Below are positions 42,772-50,942 of a DNA stretch of 64,000 nucleotides, in pieces; positions within the stretch are counted from its first letter, which is position 1; each line of letters begins with the position of its first letter. The DNA is from a virus. Its lineage: Duplodnaviria > Caudoviricetes. Made by a program: the position numbers and the translations under genes. The notes below the pieces were generated by a model. It searched no databases. It was not told the origin of the DNA and saw only the letters and a list, made by a program, of their open reading frames with translations. The stretch lies in IMG/VR virus record IMGVR_UViG_3300037067_026718, positions 32,001-96,000 of that record. The stretch is one strand, 5' to 3'.

Positions 42772-43086
42772 TCATCCCCTGCCGCCCAACATTATCATGT
42801 CGGGATCTTGTTCACCGGTTGGAGAGCCAGTAGCCTTTTCTGCTCCATGCACGATAACTCGAGGGATGAAGGTTTTGTTGCCGTTCACAAGGACAGGAGT
42901 CCACCCCGGTCTCGACCTGCCAGGTAGTACTTTGAAGGATGTACCGCGTTCAACATTCGAAACGACCGGGGATGAGTACGATGGCCGCAGATGGGCAACT
43001 CCGCTGATAACGGCTGTAACGGTGTCTGACTTGGATCTGGTCTTGATCTTGGAAGCTCTCTTGACCATTACACCGAATATGTTCAT
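42772..43086 (-). CDS. SH3b (bacterial SH3) domain protein with a KxA leader
   Basis: AHLRPSYSSPVV..V.RGT.FKVL...GWTPVLVNG.KTFIP; leader FGVMVKRAS. Confidence 0.65.
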   Translation of the reverse strand: MNIFGVMVKRASKIKTRSKSDTVTAVISGVAHLRPSYSSPVVSNVERGTSFKVLPGRSRPGWTPVLVNGNKTFIPRVIVHGAEKATGSPTGEQDPDMIMLGGRG

Positions 43087-43104
43087 TGCCTACCTCCACC
43101 CTTC

Positions 43105-43133
43105 ATCATACTCCGTTACGGTATTCAGGGCAA
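43105..43133 (-). promoter_or_regulatory. sigma-70-type promoter (17-bp spacer variant)
   Basis: TTGCCC-N17-TATGAT upstream of the SH3b gene. Confidence 0.5.
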
Positions 43134-43604
43134 GAGGCCGATCTCCTGCATCGATACCGATCTGTCCCCGGCGAATAGAAGGTGGTCGATCAGTTTGATG
43201 TCTACAGCCTTCTCGAGCATGTCCTTCATGTCTGCGGTCAGTTGACGGTCCTGTCTGGAAAATTCGAGATTCCCTCCTGGATGTTGATGACAGACTATGG
43301 TGGCTACTGCGTTCATGTCCAACAAGAACTTAATCACTTTTCTCAGTGATACAGATGCCTGATCAACCGTCCCATTGGACACCTTGTAGATGCCAAGAAT
43401 CGCATGTGCGCTGTTGAGGGCTATGCTCCAAAACTCTTCGTATGGGGCATCTTTGAACATTGGGGCCATGAGTGTCTTAACCAACTCCTTGGCCTGTTCG
43501 GGTGATTTGATCGCTTCCTCTGGAACAGGCCCAGGGTAACGATGCCTTCGGGTGGTCTTGAAGCCGACGACCTTCTCCGCGATGTAGTAGGTTGTTTCTT
43601 TCAT
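43125..43604 (-). CDS. RadC-like JAB domain protein
   Basis: IKSPE, EEF..IALN, GTVDQASV, HQHPGG..S.QD, LIDHL. Confidence 0.88.
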   Translation of the reverse strand: MKETTYYIAEKVVGFKTTRRHRYPGPVPEEAIKSPEQAKELVKTLMAPMFKDAPYEEFWSIALNSAHAILGIYKVSNGTVDQASVSLRKVIKFLLDMNAVATIVCHQHPGGNLEFSRQDRQLTADMKDMLEKAVDIKLIDHLLFAGDRSVSMQEIGLLP

Positions 43605-43605
43605 G

Positions 43606-43896
43606 TCAGTCCACCATCCCTATCTCCCGCAGGAACTCCATGGTGATTCCTTCCGGGAGAAAAGCTTCGGAGCACGTTGGCTCTCCGCTTTCACATGCCA
43701 GCATTGCAATACCCTGCATCCTCTGGCCTGTTTTGTCTCTTGAAACACCGACGCCCCTGATGCGGCAGTACTCACCGGGCTTCAGGATCAAGTCAATGGT
43801 GACATCTTCCTTCTTGACTGTAGCGTTATTCCTGCTGGTGAAGATCGAAGGATGGCGCCGGATACTGTATCGGTCGCCGTCGATTTCAACGATCAT
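43606..43896 (-). CDS. hypothetical phage protein
   Basis: 96-aa ORF, GAAAGGA RBS. Confidence 0.65.
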   Translation of the reverse strand: MIVEIDGDRYSIRRHPSIFTSRNNATVKKEDVTIDLILKPGEYCRIRGVGVSRDKTGQRMQGIAMLACESGEPTCSEAFLPEGITMEFLREIGMVD

Positions 43897-43929
43897 ACGT
43901 TCCTTTCAGAAGAGGAAGTTGAACAAACA

Positions 43930-44151
43930 TCAGATGACCCCCATAAGCCGCAATCCGCTCATGACGGACTGGGTGTGGCAGACTTCACAGTAGCCTTTGT
44001 CCTGATCGGGTTCATAGGAAGCCACGTAATCGCAGCCGGGGTTCATGCAGATCCCCGGGACTACGTCTTCCATGGCAAATTCCTCGAGGAACTCTTCCGT
44101 GCTGCTCATGCCCTCGCTGTCCAGCAATGCCTGCATTTTGTCCATGTCCAT
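43930..44151 (-). CDS. small zinc-finger protein
   Basis: PGICMNPGCDY...EPDQ.KGYCEVC. Confidence 0.75.
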   Translation of the reverse strand: MDMDKMQALLDSEGMSSTEEFLEEFAMEDVVPGICMNPGCDYVASYEPDQDKGYCEVCHTQSVMSGLRLMGVI

Positions 44152-44612
44152 TACTGCCTTTCTTCCTGTTTCTTGAGTATGTCGCTCACGACTGCATGGC
44201 TGTGAGTGACTGCTTCCGGGAAGACAACCTCTTCCCGGCGGTCATTTGCGCTGAGATTGTCGGGATGAATGGCAAGCACGATTTCTCGATCGAAGGCCGG
44301 ATTGATCTGGTGCTCTTCCATCCACGTTCTGATCTTAGATGTATCGCCTACGAAGTTCAGGCATGCATTGCCCGTGAAGGTATGAACTCCGTTTCTCCGC
44401 ATACTCGGGTCGCTGTCCAGGCAGAACGGAAGGTCCCACCCCTTGAATACTGCGCAGCGTTTATCAGTGTTCAGGTAGTACTGTTTGCGCTTGCCTCTCT
44501 GCTTGAAGACAGGACCCTTGGGAGAGATCTGTGTGATGGTGATCTCGCTCTTGCCTCCAAAACACATGCTGTTTATAGCATATATTGTGTACTTCCCATT
44601 AGCCTCGAACAT
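44151..44612 (-). CDS. hypothetical phage protein
   Basis: 153-aa ORF, TAATG coupling. Confidence 0.7.
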   Translation of the reverse strand: MFEANGKYTIYAINSMCFGGKSEITITQISPKGPVFKQRGKRKQYYLNTDKRCAVFKGWDLPFCLDSDPSMRRNGVHTFTGNACLNFVGDTSKIRTWMEEHQINPAFDREIVLAIHPDNLSANDRREEVVFPEAVTHSHAVVSDILKKQEERQ

Positions 44613-44625
44613 TGCTTCCCCTCTT

Positions 44626-44653
44626 AAAGAAAAGGCCCCGGTTGCCCGGGGCC
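44626..44653 (-). terminator. intrinsic terminator
   Basis: GGCCCCGG-GCAA-CCGGGGCC followed by TTTTCTTT. Confidence 0.75.
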
Positions 44654-44661
44654 GTGTCCTG

Positions 44662-45735
44662 TCATGCTCGTTTTTTGAGATCCCATCGAGCCTGGCTTGT
44701 CTTCGTTACCTTCGAAGTAAACGTACGTCTGGGAAAGAACTTGGTGTGAGCCTTGACCAATTCTGCTATCTTGGGGTTATCGGCCAGGAACTCCTCCCTG
44801 TAGAACCTCGACCCCAATGCCTTTTCCCATTCTATCTCGTACTCGCGGCAGTAGAACTTCTCCATTCCTTCGCCATGTTTTTCGACTATCAGCGCCGTTA
44901 TCTGATCCTCGATATCCTTTTTCTTTTTCTTGGCATCCTTTTCCTGGGCATCGAGTTCTTTGAGGGCGACGATGAGCTTGTATATAGCATCCTCGTTCGA
45001 AAGGTCAGCCATGCTTTTCTCGTGGATCATGAAGAACTCACGGCCAAGGCATGTCTCACCGAATGGGCATCCGCTGCATCGCTGCTCGGTTATCGGGGGT
45101 CGGTCTGGAATAGCTTTTGCAGCGACTACGCTCGACATAAACCAACTGCCGGCGTCGACCATGAGCTTCAGGGTCTCAACATCCCTTGGCACTACTTCGA
45201 TCTGAAAGTCGATCCCATCCGGCCACATCACAGCTACGTTGCAGAGGTCAAGTCCGGATATACCGAGGTAGTGTTGAGGCTGCAGTTTATACCCGACTGA
45301 GAGACCGTTTTCGATGAAGTCGTACCAGACATTCTGGTTCATGGTTTTGATTTCCAGGACTTCGAGCCGCCAGTCGGGTGGCATGGCAGGAACTCTATCC
45401 ATATTCCCGATCATCCAAGAAGGAACTTTTTGACCAGGCCACAGTTCTTTGGCCTTGGGACGCTTGTGTGAGAAACGACATCCGGTTGATGCCTTGAAAA
45501 GCTCAGCAACCACAGGCTCCAGGATATTGCCTCTCATGGCAGCCCTGGACGTTTCTTCCGGGAAGTTGGGTTTGGCGCCTATCTTGGTGTAAAAGAGTCT
45601 GCGCATGCAGGACCACTTGTAGTCATCCGGATGCATGCTGGAAAGGATGGGGGCCCAGTCGGACCCCCCGATGCCTTCCCTTCGCTTCGCATGCCAGAGC
45701 GGGGATTTCTGGATCCGTTGCAACATCGGTATCAC
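44662..45735 (-). CDS. YqaJ-like viral recombinase / lambda-exonuclease family
   Basis: WHAKRREGIGGSD, RGNILEP, GNMDR, LEIKT, QPQHYL. Confidence 0.9.
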   Translation of the reverse strand: MIPMLQRIQKSPLWHAKRREGIGGSDWAPILSSMHPDDYKWSCMRRLFYTKIGAKPNFPEETSRAAMRGNILEPVVAELFKASTGCRFSHKRPKAKELWPGQKVPSWMIGNMDRVPAMPPDWRLEVLEIKTMNQNVWYDFIENGLSVGYKLQPQHYLGISGLDLCNVAVMWPDGIDFQIEVVPRDVETLKLMVDAGSWFMSSVVAAKAIPDRPPITEQRCSGCPFGETCLGREFFMIHEKSMADLSNEDAIYKLIVALKELDAQEKDAKKKKKDIEDQITALIVEKHGEGMEKFYCREYEIEWEKALGSRFYREEFLADNPKIAELVKAHTKFFPRRTFTSKVTKTSQARWDLKKRA

Positions 45736-45748
45736 ATAGCCTCCTTAT

Positions 45749-45776
45749 GAAAGAGGCCGACCCCCATGGGCCGGCC
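45749..45776 (-). terminator. intrinsic terminator-like hairpin
   Basis: GGCCGGCCC-ATGG-GGGTCGGCC followed by TCTTTC. Confidence 0.55.
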
Positions 45777-45789
45777 CCATCCCCAACTC

Positions 45790-46629
45790 TTATTCAGGAT
45801 CATTTGCCTTATTGCCCAGCACATCGTTCAGATGCGCTTTGGCTTTGTCAGGATTCATGAGGTCCATGGATATCAGGACTGCCTGCATGAGCTCCTCAGG
45901 ATTCATGTCATCCGGATTCAAGGTCGTGAACTGTACTCCTCTTCTTTTTACCTCGGCTCCAAACTTGGCCTGGGTAACCTTCCTGACGGCAGAGACCGCC
46001 TTGATTCGAAGTGAGTTCGTGAGATCTTCCATGCCGGCGTTCTTGGCAATACTCATAGGAGAGTAAGCGTCTCTGAGCATTTCTTCTTCTTCTGCAGAGA
46101 GCTCTTTGGAATGCACAAGGAACACCTCAGCAAGGAAGTCTCTTTCTCCGTATGCCAGCGCTATGGTCGCGTTCTTGGAGTCTATACCTGAAACGTCGGA
46201 GGGCACACTCTGGGAATACCAGTCGCCTGTATCCACGTCTACCAGGTGAAAGACGATCCAAAAACGTTCTTTGGTCTCTGTGTACTCCTCGCGTGGAGTT
46301 CCACGATAAGTCGTTTTTGTACCAAGGATCTCGATCCTGTCAATCCCGCCATAGATGCAGGCGAGTCCGTGCTTGGCCATCAATGGCTTCACAACATCGA
46401 CGATCTGATGCTTGGTAATGTACCGTACAGTCCTGGTGGCGCTTACTTTCATCTCTCCCATGGGAGTGATCGCTTCGAGCTCACCTTGGACCTTGACGAT
46501 TTTGGCTGCCACCGTTTTAGGCGGAATACCAATCATTCGGGCACAAAAAAAGCCCCCCGGGTTGCAGGGGACTGTATCCTGACCTTCGCGTTCAACGCTT
46601 GCTGAACCAGTGCTTTCTTCTCCCGCCAT
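45790..46629 (-). CDS. ERF-family ssDNA-annealing protein
   Basis: KIVKVQGEL...Y....IVDVVKPLMAKHGL...SGIDSK.A..ALAYGER.FL..VF; adjacent to YqaJ; start is 46629 or 46536. Confidence 0.75.
   Translation of the reverse strand: MAGEESTGSASVEREGQDTVPCNPGGFFCARMIGIPPKTVAAKIVKVQGELEAITPMGEMKVSATRTVRYITKHQIVDVVKPLMAKHGLACIYGGIDRIEILGTKTTYRGTPREEYTETKERFWIVFHLVDVDTGDWYSQSVPSDVSGIDSKNATIALAYGERDFLAEVFLVHSKELSAEEEEMLRDAYSPMSIAKNAGMEDLTNSLRIKAVSAVRKVTQAKFGAEVKRRGVQFTTLNPDDMNPEELMQAVLISMDLMNPDKAKAHLNDVLGNKANDPE
46545..46572 (-). terminator. intrinsic terminator-like hairpin
   Basis: GTCCCCTG-CAACC-CGGGGGGC followed by TTTTTTT. Confidence 0.6.
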
Positions 46630-46996
46630 CGGATGTTCTCCATTTCTCGTACTTGGTCATGTCTTTCGCGCAATACTTCACGCCCATGGCAATGACCGCC
46701 AAGTCATCCAGGAAGCCCACTATGGGCAGAAAGTCAGGTACGGCGTCCAAGACCCATACCAGATATATGATTGCAGCACTGGCCGCCACAATGGTTTCGG
46801 TGGAAACGCTGAATTTCCCTACGAACGTGTCTTTTAGCATGTCGAGCATGGTCTTCAAGTTGTCCGCCTGCTCCTGCAGATCCGGACTGTCAGAAAGGGA
46901 TTCAGCCTTTCGCATATCTGATCCAGGAATGTGTGTAGCGTTCTTGGCCCTTATGGCTTCGAACTTATCCTTTGCATCTTGGATTTTGTCCCCCAT
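46592..46996 (-). CDS. DUF1232 (YkvA) family membrane protein
   Basis: AAIIYLVWVLDAVPDFLPIVGFLDDLAV. Confidence 0.88.
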   Translation of the reverse strand: MGDKIQDAKDKFEAIRAKNATHIPGSDMRKAESLSDSPDLQEQADNLKTMLDMLKDTFVGKFSVSTETIVAASAAIIYLVWVLDAVPDFLPIVGFLDDLAVIAMGVKYCAKDMTKYEKWRTSDGGRRKHWFSKR

Positions 46997-47382
46997 TGCG
47001 GTCTCCTCGAGGGTAGAATGTAAGGCCGTCCTATTCGGCCTACCACTTTGTACCTCACTTGTATCAGTCCGACCCTTGCTCCCCTCAACTGCTTGAAAGC
47101 AGCCAATGACAGATCAATAGATCGTCCATCTACAAATGGTCCTCTATCGTTGACAACTACCGCTACACACCCCCCTTCTGTAATCTCCTCCACAAGAAGG
47201 ACTGTACCGAATGGGTACGACCTGTGGGCTGCTGTGAAGGCCATCATGTCGTAGACCTCTCCACTCGCGGTGATTCTACCGTGGAAAGGCTTTCCGTACC
47301 ATGAGCACCATACTGTTGTGTCTTCGTAGGGTTTCAGGAAAAAGGAAAAAGCAATGATGGCGGCCTCAATGTAAGGGCTCAT
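46951..47382 (-). CDS. rlpA: RlpA-like double-psi beta-barrel lytic transglycosylase
   Basis: SWYGKPFHGRITASGE.YDM.A.TAAHRSYPFGT...VNDRGPF..GR.IDLS.AAF. Confidence 0.92.
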   Translation of the reverse strand: MSPYIEAAIIAFSFFLKPYEDTTVWCSWYGKPFHGRITASGEVYDMMAFTAAHRSYPFGTVLLVEEITEGGCVAVVVNDRGPFVDGRSIDLSLAAFKQLRGARVGLIQVRYKVVGRIGRPYILPSRRPQWGTKSKMQRISSKP

Positions 47383-48161
47383 CTTATGCTCCTGGGGATC
47401 ATGGGGCAGACAGGAGCCCCGTTGAATATTGAATATGAACCTGGTTTGTTCAGGTCCAGTGCTCCGATGCCTTCTATACCTTTGACCTCCCTTCTTTTTA
47501 CGTTACCGCTTGGGGAACAAGCATATGATGGGACGAAAAGAAAAAAACCCACTTGATGCGATACTTTTATACCGTGTTTTTCGATTATTTTCCGTTGGAG
47601 CTCTTCCCGGCCTTGAAGAGCTGGTAGCGTTTTCCGACTGTAGAGCAAAGTCATAAGCTTTCTTTTGCTGGCCGCTCTCCTTGGCCTGATGTCGTCTACC
47701 ACCTTCTCTACATAACGACTGAGCCTTTCGGCATTCCATGCTTTGAACTGGGATCTCTTGCCTTCCCGGGCGGCTTCCCTTTTCATCCTGGTCATCAGGT
47801 AATGGGCTTTTATAGCCTCCGGAGCTTCGGTGGAAAGATCGGCATACCACAGCCTGCGTGATTGTATCAGCAACCCATGGTCGTATCCCCGCAGAAAACT
47901 GGGAGGAATATCCAATACCTCGGGGAGCATGCGGCGATCGATGAACTCAAAGCTTTCTCTGACTGCTGCGATCTTGGCTGTTGAATCTATGCATTCACCC
48001 CAGTCGATAATAAACTTGGGGCTGTATACTGCGGAAGAACGACTGCAGAGCTTATGAACGGTTTCAGGTGGCTGAGTCACCAATCCTGTTCCGTAATCCA
48101 CCCCATCGAATTGCAGGACACCTATTTCATTGATCGATAGATAGATGGAATAAGATTTCAT
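47379..48161 (-). CDS. hypothetical protein, possibly a degenerate family-B DNA polymerase palm
   Basis: YADLSTEAPEAI, KRKLMTLLYS, QGREEL...EKHGIKVSHQVGFFLFV and VKGIE follow the order of PolB motifs, but DTD is lost. Confidence 0.55.
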   Translation of the reverse strand: MKSYSIYLSINEIGVLQFDGVDYGTGLVTQPPETVHKLCSRSSAVYSPKFIIDWGECIDSTAKIAAVRESFEFIDRRMLPEVLDIPPSFLRGYDHGLLIQSRRLWYADLSTEAPEAIKAHYLMTRMKREAAREGKRSQFKAWNAERLSRYVEKVVDDIRPRRAASKRKLMTLLYSRKTLPALQGREELQRKIIEKHGIKVSHQVGFFLFVPSYACSPSGNVKRREVKGIEGIGALDLNKPGSYSIFNGAPVCPMIPRSIR

Positions 48162-48178
48162 TTTTTGTTCCTGTTCTT

Positions 48179-48202
48179 AAAGAAAAGGGCGCCTAAGCGC
48201 CC
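48179..48202 (-). terminator. intrinsic terminator
   Basis: GGGCGC-TTAG-GCGCCC followed by TTTTCTTT. Confidence 0.7.
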
Positions 48203-48222
48203 CATTCTTTGAAAGCATGGCC

Positions 48223-48684
48223 TCAGGACTGAGCGTCGATCGGGGGGAAGTCCTCTTCGCCCATGCCAGTGAGGGCGCCGGAACCAGCCAGTGTGGCGGC
48301 GATGTTCTCAGCCGCGAGATCCGGTTCGCTGCCAATGGTGGCATGCATGTCAGTCAAAGCCTTGACCGACTCGGAGAGGGATGTAATCGCCTCCGCCTGG
48401 CCGGCGATGATCTCTTCCTTCTGGTCTACTTCGCCTCCGCCCATGCCGATTCCCATAAGCTCGGGGGGAAGCCCCGGCATCATAGGATTCTGCATCCCGG
48501 CCATGGGGTCCTGTCCGGCCATAGCCGCAGCTTCTTCCGGAGTGGGTGGGGGAGGGGGTGGAGCAGCCGGCATTCCCATGTTGGGGTCCATGGGCATACC
48601 CATTCCACCGTCTCCAGCGCCAGCCATCATGGGATCGACCATCCCCTGGGCGACTTTCGTCAATATGGTATCGAACCTGTTCAT
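48223..48684 (-). CDS. Pro/Met/Gly-rich acidic low-complexity protein with a KxA leader (scaffold-like)
   Basis: Leader FDTILTKVAQ; poly-Pro, MDP repeats and a short coiled coil. Confidence 0.7.
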   Translation of the reverse strand: MNRFDTILTKVAQGMVDPMMAGAGDGGMGMPMDPNMGMPAAPPPPPPTPEEAAAMAGQDPMAGMQNPMMPGLPPELMGIGMGGGEVDQKEEIIAGQAEAITSLSESVKALTDMHATIGSEPDLAAENIAATLAGSGALTGMGEEDFPPIDAQS

Positions 48685-48687
48685 CGC

Positions 48688-49314
48688 TTACCTTCCTATC
48701 ATCCGCATATTGGGACTGCTTAAACTTCCCTGAGGGGCCATCATGCCCTGCATAAGGCTCATGTATCTCTGGTTGGCCAAGGCGTTGGCCGCCATCTCCG
48801 TTTGCCTCAACCCGCGGTTGTGAGAAGAGATCCCGAGAGGTACTCCGATAGCAGAGGCGCCCAGGAGCAATTTCCCACCACGGCCCATGAACTTGTTCTG
48901 GCCATGCTTCATGTATTTCAGATATCTGGGGTCAGTGAAGACATCGGGGTACTTCTTGAAATATCCCTGCCTGCTGCGCAAAAACGACTGTATCTGACCT
49001 GGCTTCATTCCCATGATACGAGCTCTGTTAAGAGCTGCATCAAGAGGCGCTGTGCCCTGCCTGAACTGACGCTGGTAAGCGGAAGGAGCTATTCCGGCAA
49101 GCAATTCCCTCACGTTCTTGAGCAGTCTCCATCCTTCATGCATCGCCTGGCCGCCACCGCCTTCTCCACGTATGACCTTGGATGCGTTTTGCAAGAAGTT
49201 GGAGATCTGAGCCCAGTTCGGCCCGGCAGCGGTTTTGATGACTACATCTGCTTCGGCATGGGCCATCTTAACGAAAGCCCTTACTGCATCTCTCCGTATC
49301 TCCTGATAGCTCAT
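48688..49314 (-). CDS. basic KxA-motif protein (putative internal virion protein)
   Basis: AFVKMAH..VIKTAAG leader, C-terminal Gly-rich hydrophobic helix; ATGA overlap at the start. Confidence 0.65.
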   Translation of the reverse strand: MSYQEIRRDAVRAFVKMAHAEADVVIKTAAGPNWAQISNFLQNASKVIRGEGGGGQAMHEGWRLLKNVRELLAGIAPSAYQRQFRQGTAPLDAALNRARIMGMKPGQIQSFLRSRQGYFKKYPDVFTDPRYLKYMKHGQNKFMGRGGKLLLGASAIGVPLGISSHNRGLRQTEMAANALANQRYMSLMQGMMAPQGSLSSPNMRMIGR

Positions 49315-49622
49315 GCCTGGCCTCTGTTCGAGAATTGTTTGATCCCCCACCGATAGATAAAAGAAGAGGACGCCCCCCAGGCTACAACCAGAAGAGAAGC
49401 CTGACTCCATATGATTACGCCTTCATTGAAGTACATGCTCCATGCGCAGAACACAGGAACTGCAACGAAGAATGGTATGAATGCCAGAAAGATCTCCCTG
49501 ATCTTCCTGCCGCTGATCTTGAAGAAAGTGCTTTTGATCCCTTCGACCACGGCGCCTACAATGAAGGCACCGAAAATCATGAAAGCCTGATTACCCAGAG
49601 TGAAGAACTCGCTTATGTTCAT
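49311..49622 (-). CDS. holin-like membrane protein (3 TM)
   Basis: Three hydrophobic helices, 103 aa, near the endolysin; GGAGGAGG RBS. Confidence 0.65.
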   Translation of the reverse strand: MNISEFFTLGNQAFMIFGAFIVGAVVEGIKSTFFKISGRKIREIFLAFIPFFVAVPVFCAWSMYFNEGVIIWSQASLLVVAWGASSSFIYRWGIKQFSNRGQA

Positions 49623-49639
49623 TTGGTACCTCCTCCCTT

Positions 49640-49667
49640 ATTTTACTCGAAACCGTCATAAGCGCAA
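49640..49667 (-). promoter_or_regulatory. sigma-70-type promoter, 16-bp spacer
   Basis: TTGCGC-N16-TAAAAT, directly after a G/C hairpin (about 49670-49688). Confidence 0.65.
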
Positions 49668-49693
49668 GAGGGGGGATCGCTCCCCCCCACCTG

Positions 49694-50092
49694 CTATTCC
49701 TCTTCGCCGCCGGAAAGCAGCATTGCCAACAGAGCTGGATTCTTCATGAAAGCCAACATTGCTGTTTCCTGAAGGTCACGCTGTGGATCGTCCAGTGGTC
49801 TGGCTTGCGGCTCAAGAGCATGGACCCGCGAAGGAACGCCTGGCATGAATCCTTGCATGATGACTTTCAGGATTTGAGGCAAAAACGACACCATAGCCGC
49901 ATCGCTGTTGGTCTCGCTTTTCTCCGGTTTCATGGCAGCTATGTCCACTGCTAAAGCCTCGATGTCATTATAACAGGCACTGCAGCCAGAATCCACCTTA
50001 CCGATTCGAACGGAGTTCGAGTAAGAAAGGACCAAAGCCAGGGCCCCGAGGACGAAACCGAGAGCTCCCAATACCAATGCCAGTGTTAGCAT
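49694..50092 (-). CDS. membrane-anchored hypothetical protein
   Basis: N-terminal TM; AAGGAG RBS. Confidence 0.65.
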   Translation of the reverse strand: MLTLALVLGALGFVLGALALVLSYSNSVRIGKVDSGCSACYNDIEALAVDIAAMKPEKSETNSDAAMVSFLPQILKVIMQGFMPGVPSRVHALEPQARPLDDPQRDLQETAMLAFMKNPALLAMLLSGGEEE

Positions 50093-50122
50093 TATTGTCT
50101 CCTTTTCTTGCTTATTGCGCTG

Positions 50123-50563
50123 CTACCAGCGTCTGTTGGGGGGAGTATCACAGATGTCGACGTGAACAAATGTGGGGTAAGTCTTCGTGCCTCCGCTGTA
50201 CTTTCGTATCACCCGGTCTACGATTTGACCGAGTTTTTCGTTTGTCATGAACTTCTTGTCAACCTGGATGTCGGCAGCCTTGCCCAGAACATGCTGGCTC
50301 TGAGTTGCTCCGTTCTTGGCGTTGTGGATCCTGCAGCGGTATCCGCTGTTGATCCTTATGGGTACATCGACCTTGGCTTCCTTGCAGACTTCTGCACGGA
50401 TCTCTTCCAAAACCTCGATGAGCTTGGGCTCAACGAAGGCTTTGTTGCCGCAGCAGTCGCGGCCTTTGCACTTGAACTCGGTGGAACGGAAATGTGGGCT
50501 GTACCTGCGTACAATGGTCGAGCTCATCCTGGCAGCTCTGTCGGCGTCTTCATTCCAACCCAT
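50123..50563 (-). CDS. peptidase M15A (D-Ala-D-Ala carboxypeptidase-like) endolysin
   Basis: HF..TEFKC, INSGYRC..HN, SQHVLGKAADI, FVHVD; start MGWNE with a GGGAG RBS. Confidence 0.92.
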   Translation of the reverse strand: MGWNEDADRAARMSSTIVRRYSPHFRSTEFKCKGRDCCGNKAFVEPKLIEVLEEIRAEVCKEAKVDVPIRINSGYRCRIHNAKNGATQSQHVLGKAADIQVDKKFMTNEKLGQIVDRVIRKYSGGTKTYPTFVHVDICDTPPNRRW

Positions 50564-50942
50564 GGGTGGAACTCCCTTCTTCATCCGTTTTCATGCGTTC
50601 TACAGTACCGGGGGCAGTTGATGCTTTCCTTGCTTTGTTTTTTGCTTCTGCTATTTCGATAGCCCTGTCCCTCAGGGGAATATGGTGGTTCTTGTTTGCA
50701 GGATCAAAGGCTAATTTCTGCTTGAAGGGTCGTAATTCTGTCAAGGCTTTGGTCATGGTTCTCATGTTTCTGGATTCATGTGCGGCTGTGATCCTGGCCA
50801 TCATCCTGTCGAGAGTACGATCGTCGGGGAAGTGGTACTTGGCCCCAAGATAAGAAATGGTTTTCAGCTTCTTGACCATGCGGGGTGATGCCGTAACAGT
50901 CAAGTAAGCTTCGTCCTGGCTAACAAGGGATCTTTTGGACAT
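50550..50942 (-). CDS. hypothetical basic protein
   Basis: 130-aa ORF, AAAGGA RBS. Confidence 0.6.
   Translation of the reverse strand: MSKRSLVSQDEAYLTVTASPRMVKKLKTISYLGAKYHFPDDRTLDRMMARITAAHESRNMRTMTKALTELRPFKQKLAFDPANKNHHIPLRDRAIEIAEAKNKARKASTAPGTVERMKTDEEGSSTHGLE

Noticed and set aside
2922-43909. Identical 17-mer CTGAAAGGAACGTATGA at the starts of 2449-2925 and 43606-43896
   Set aside because: Explained by a shared RBS plus start codon; too short and only two copies, so not called a regulatory repeat
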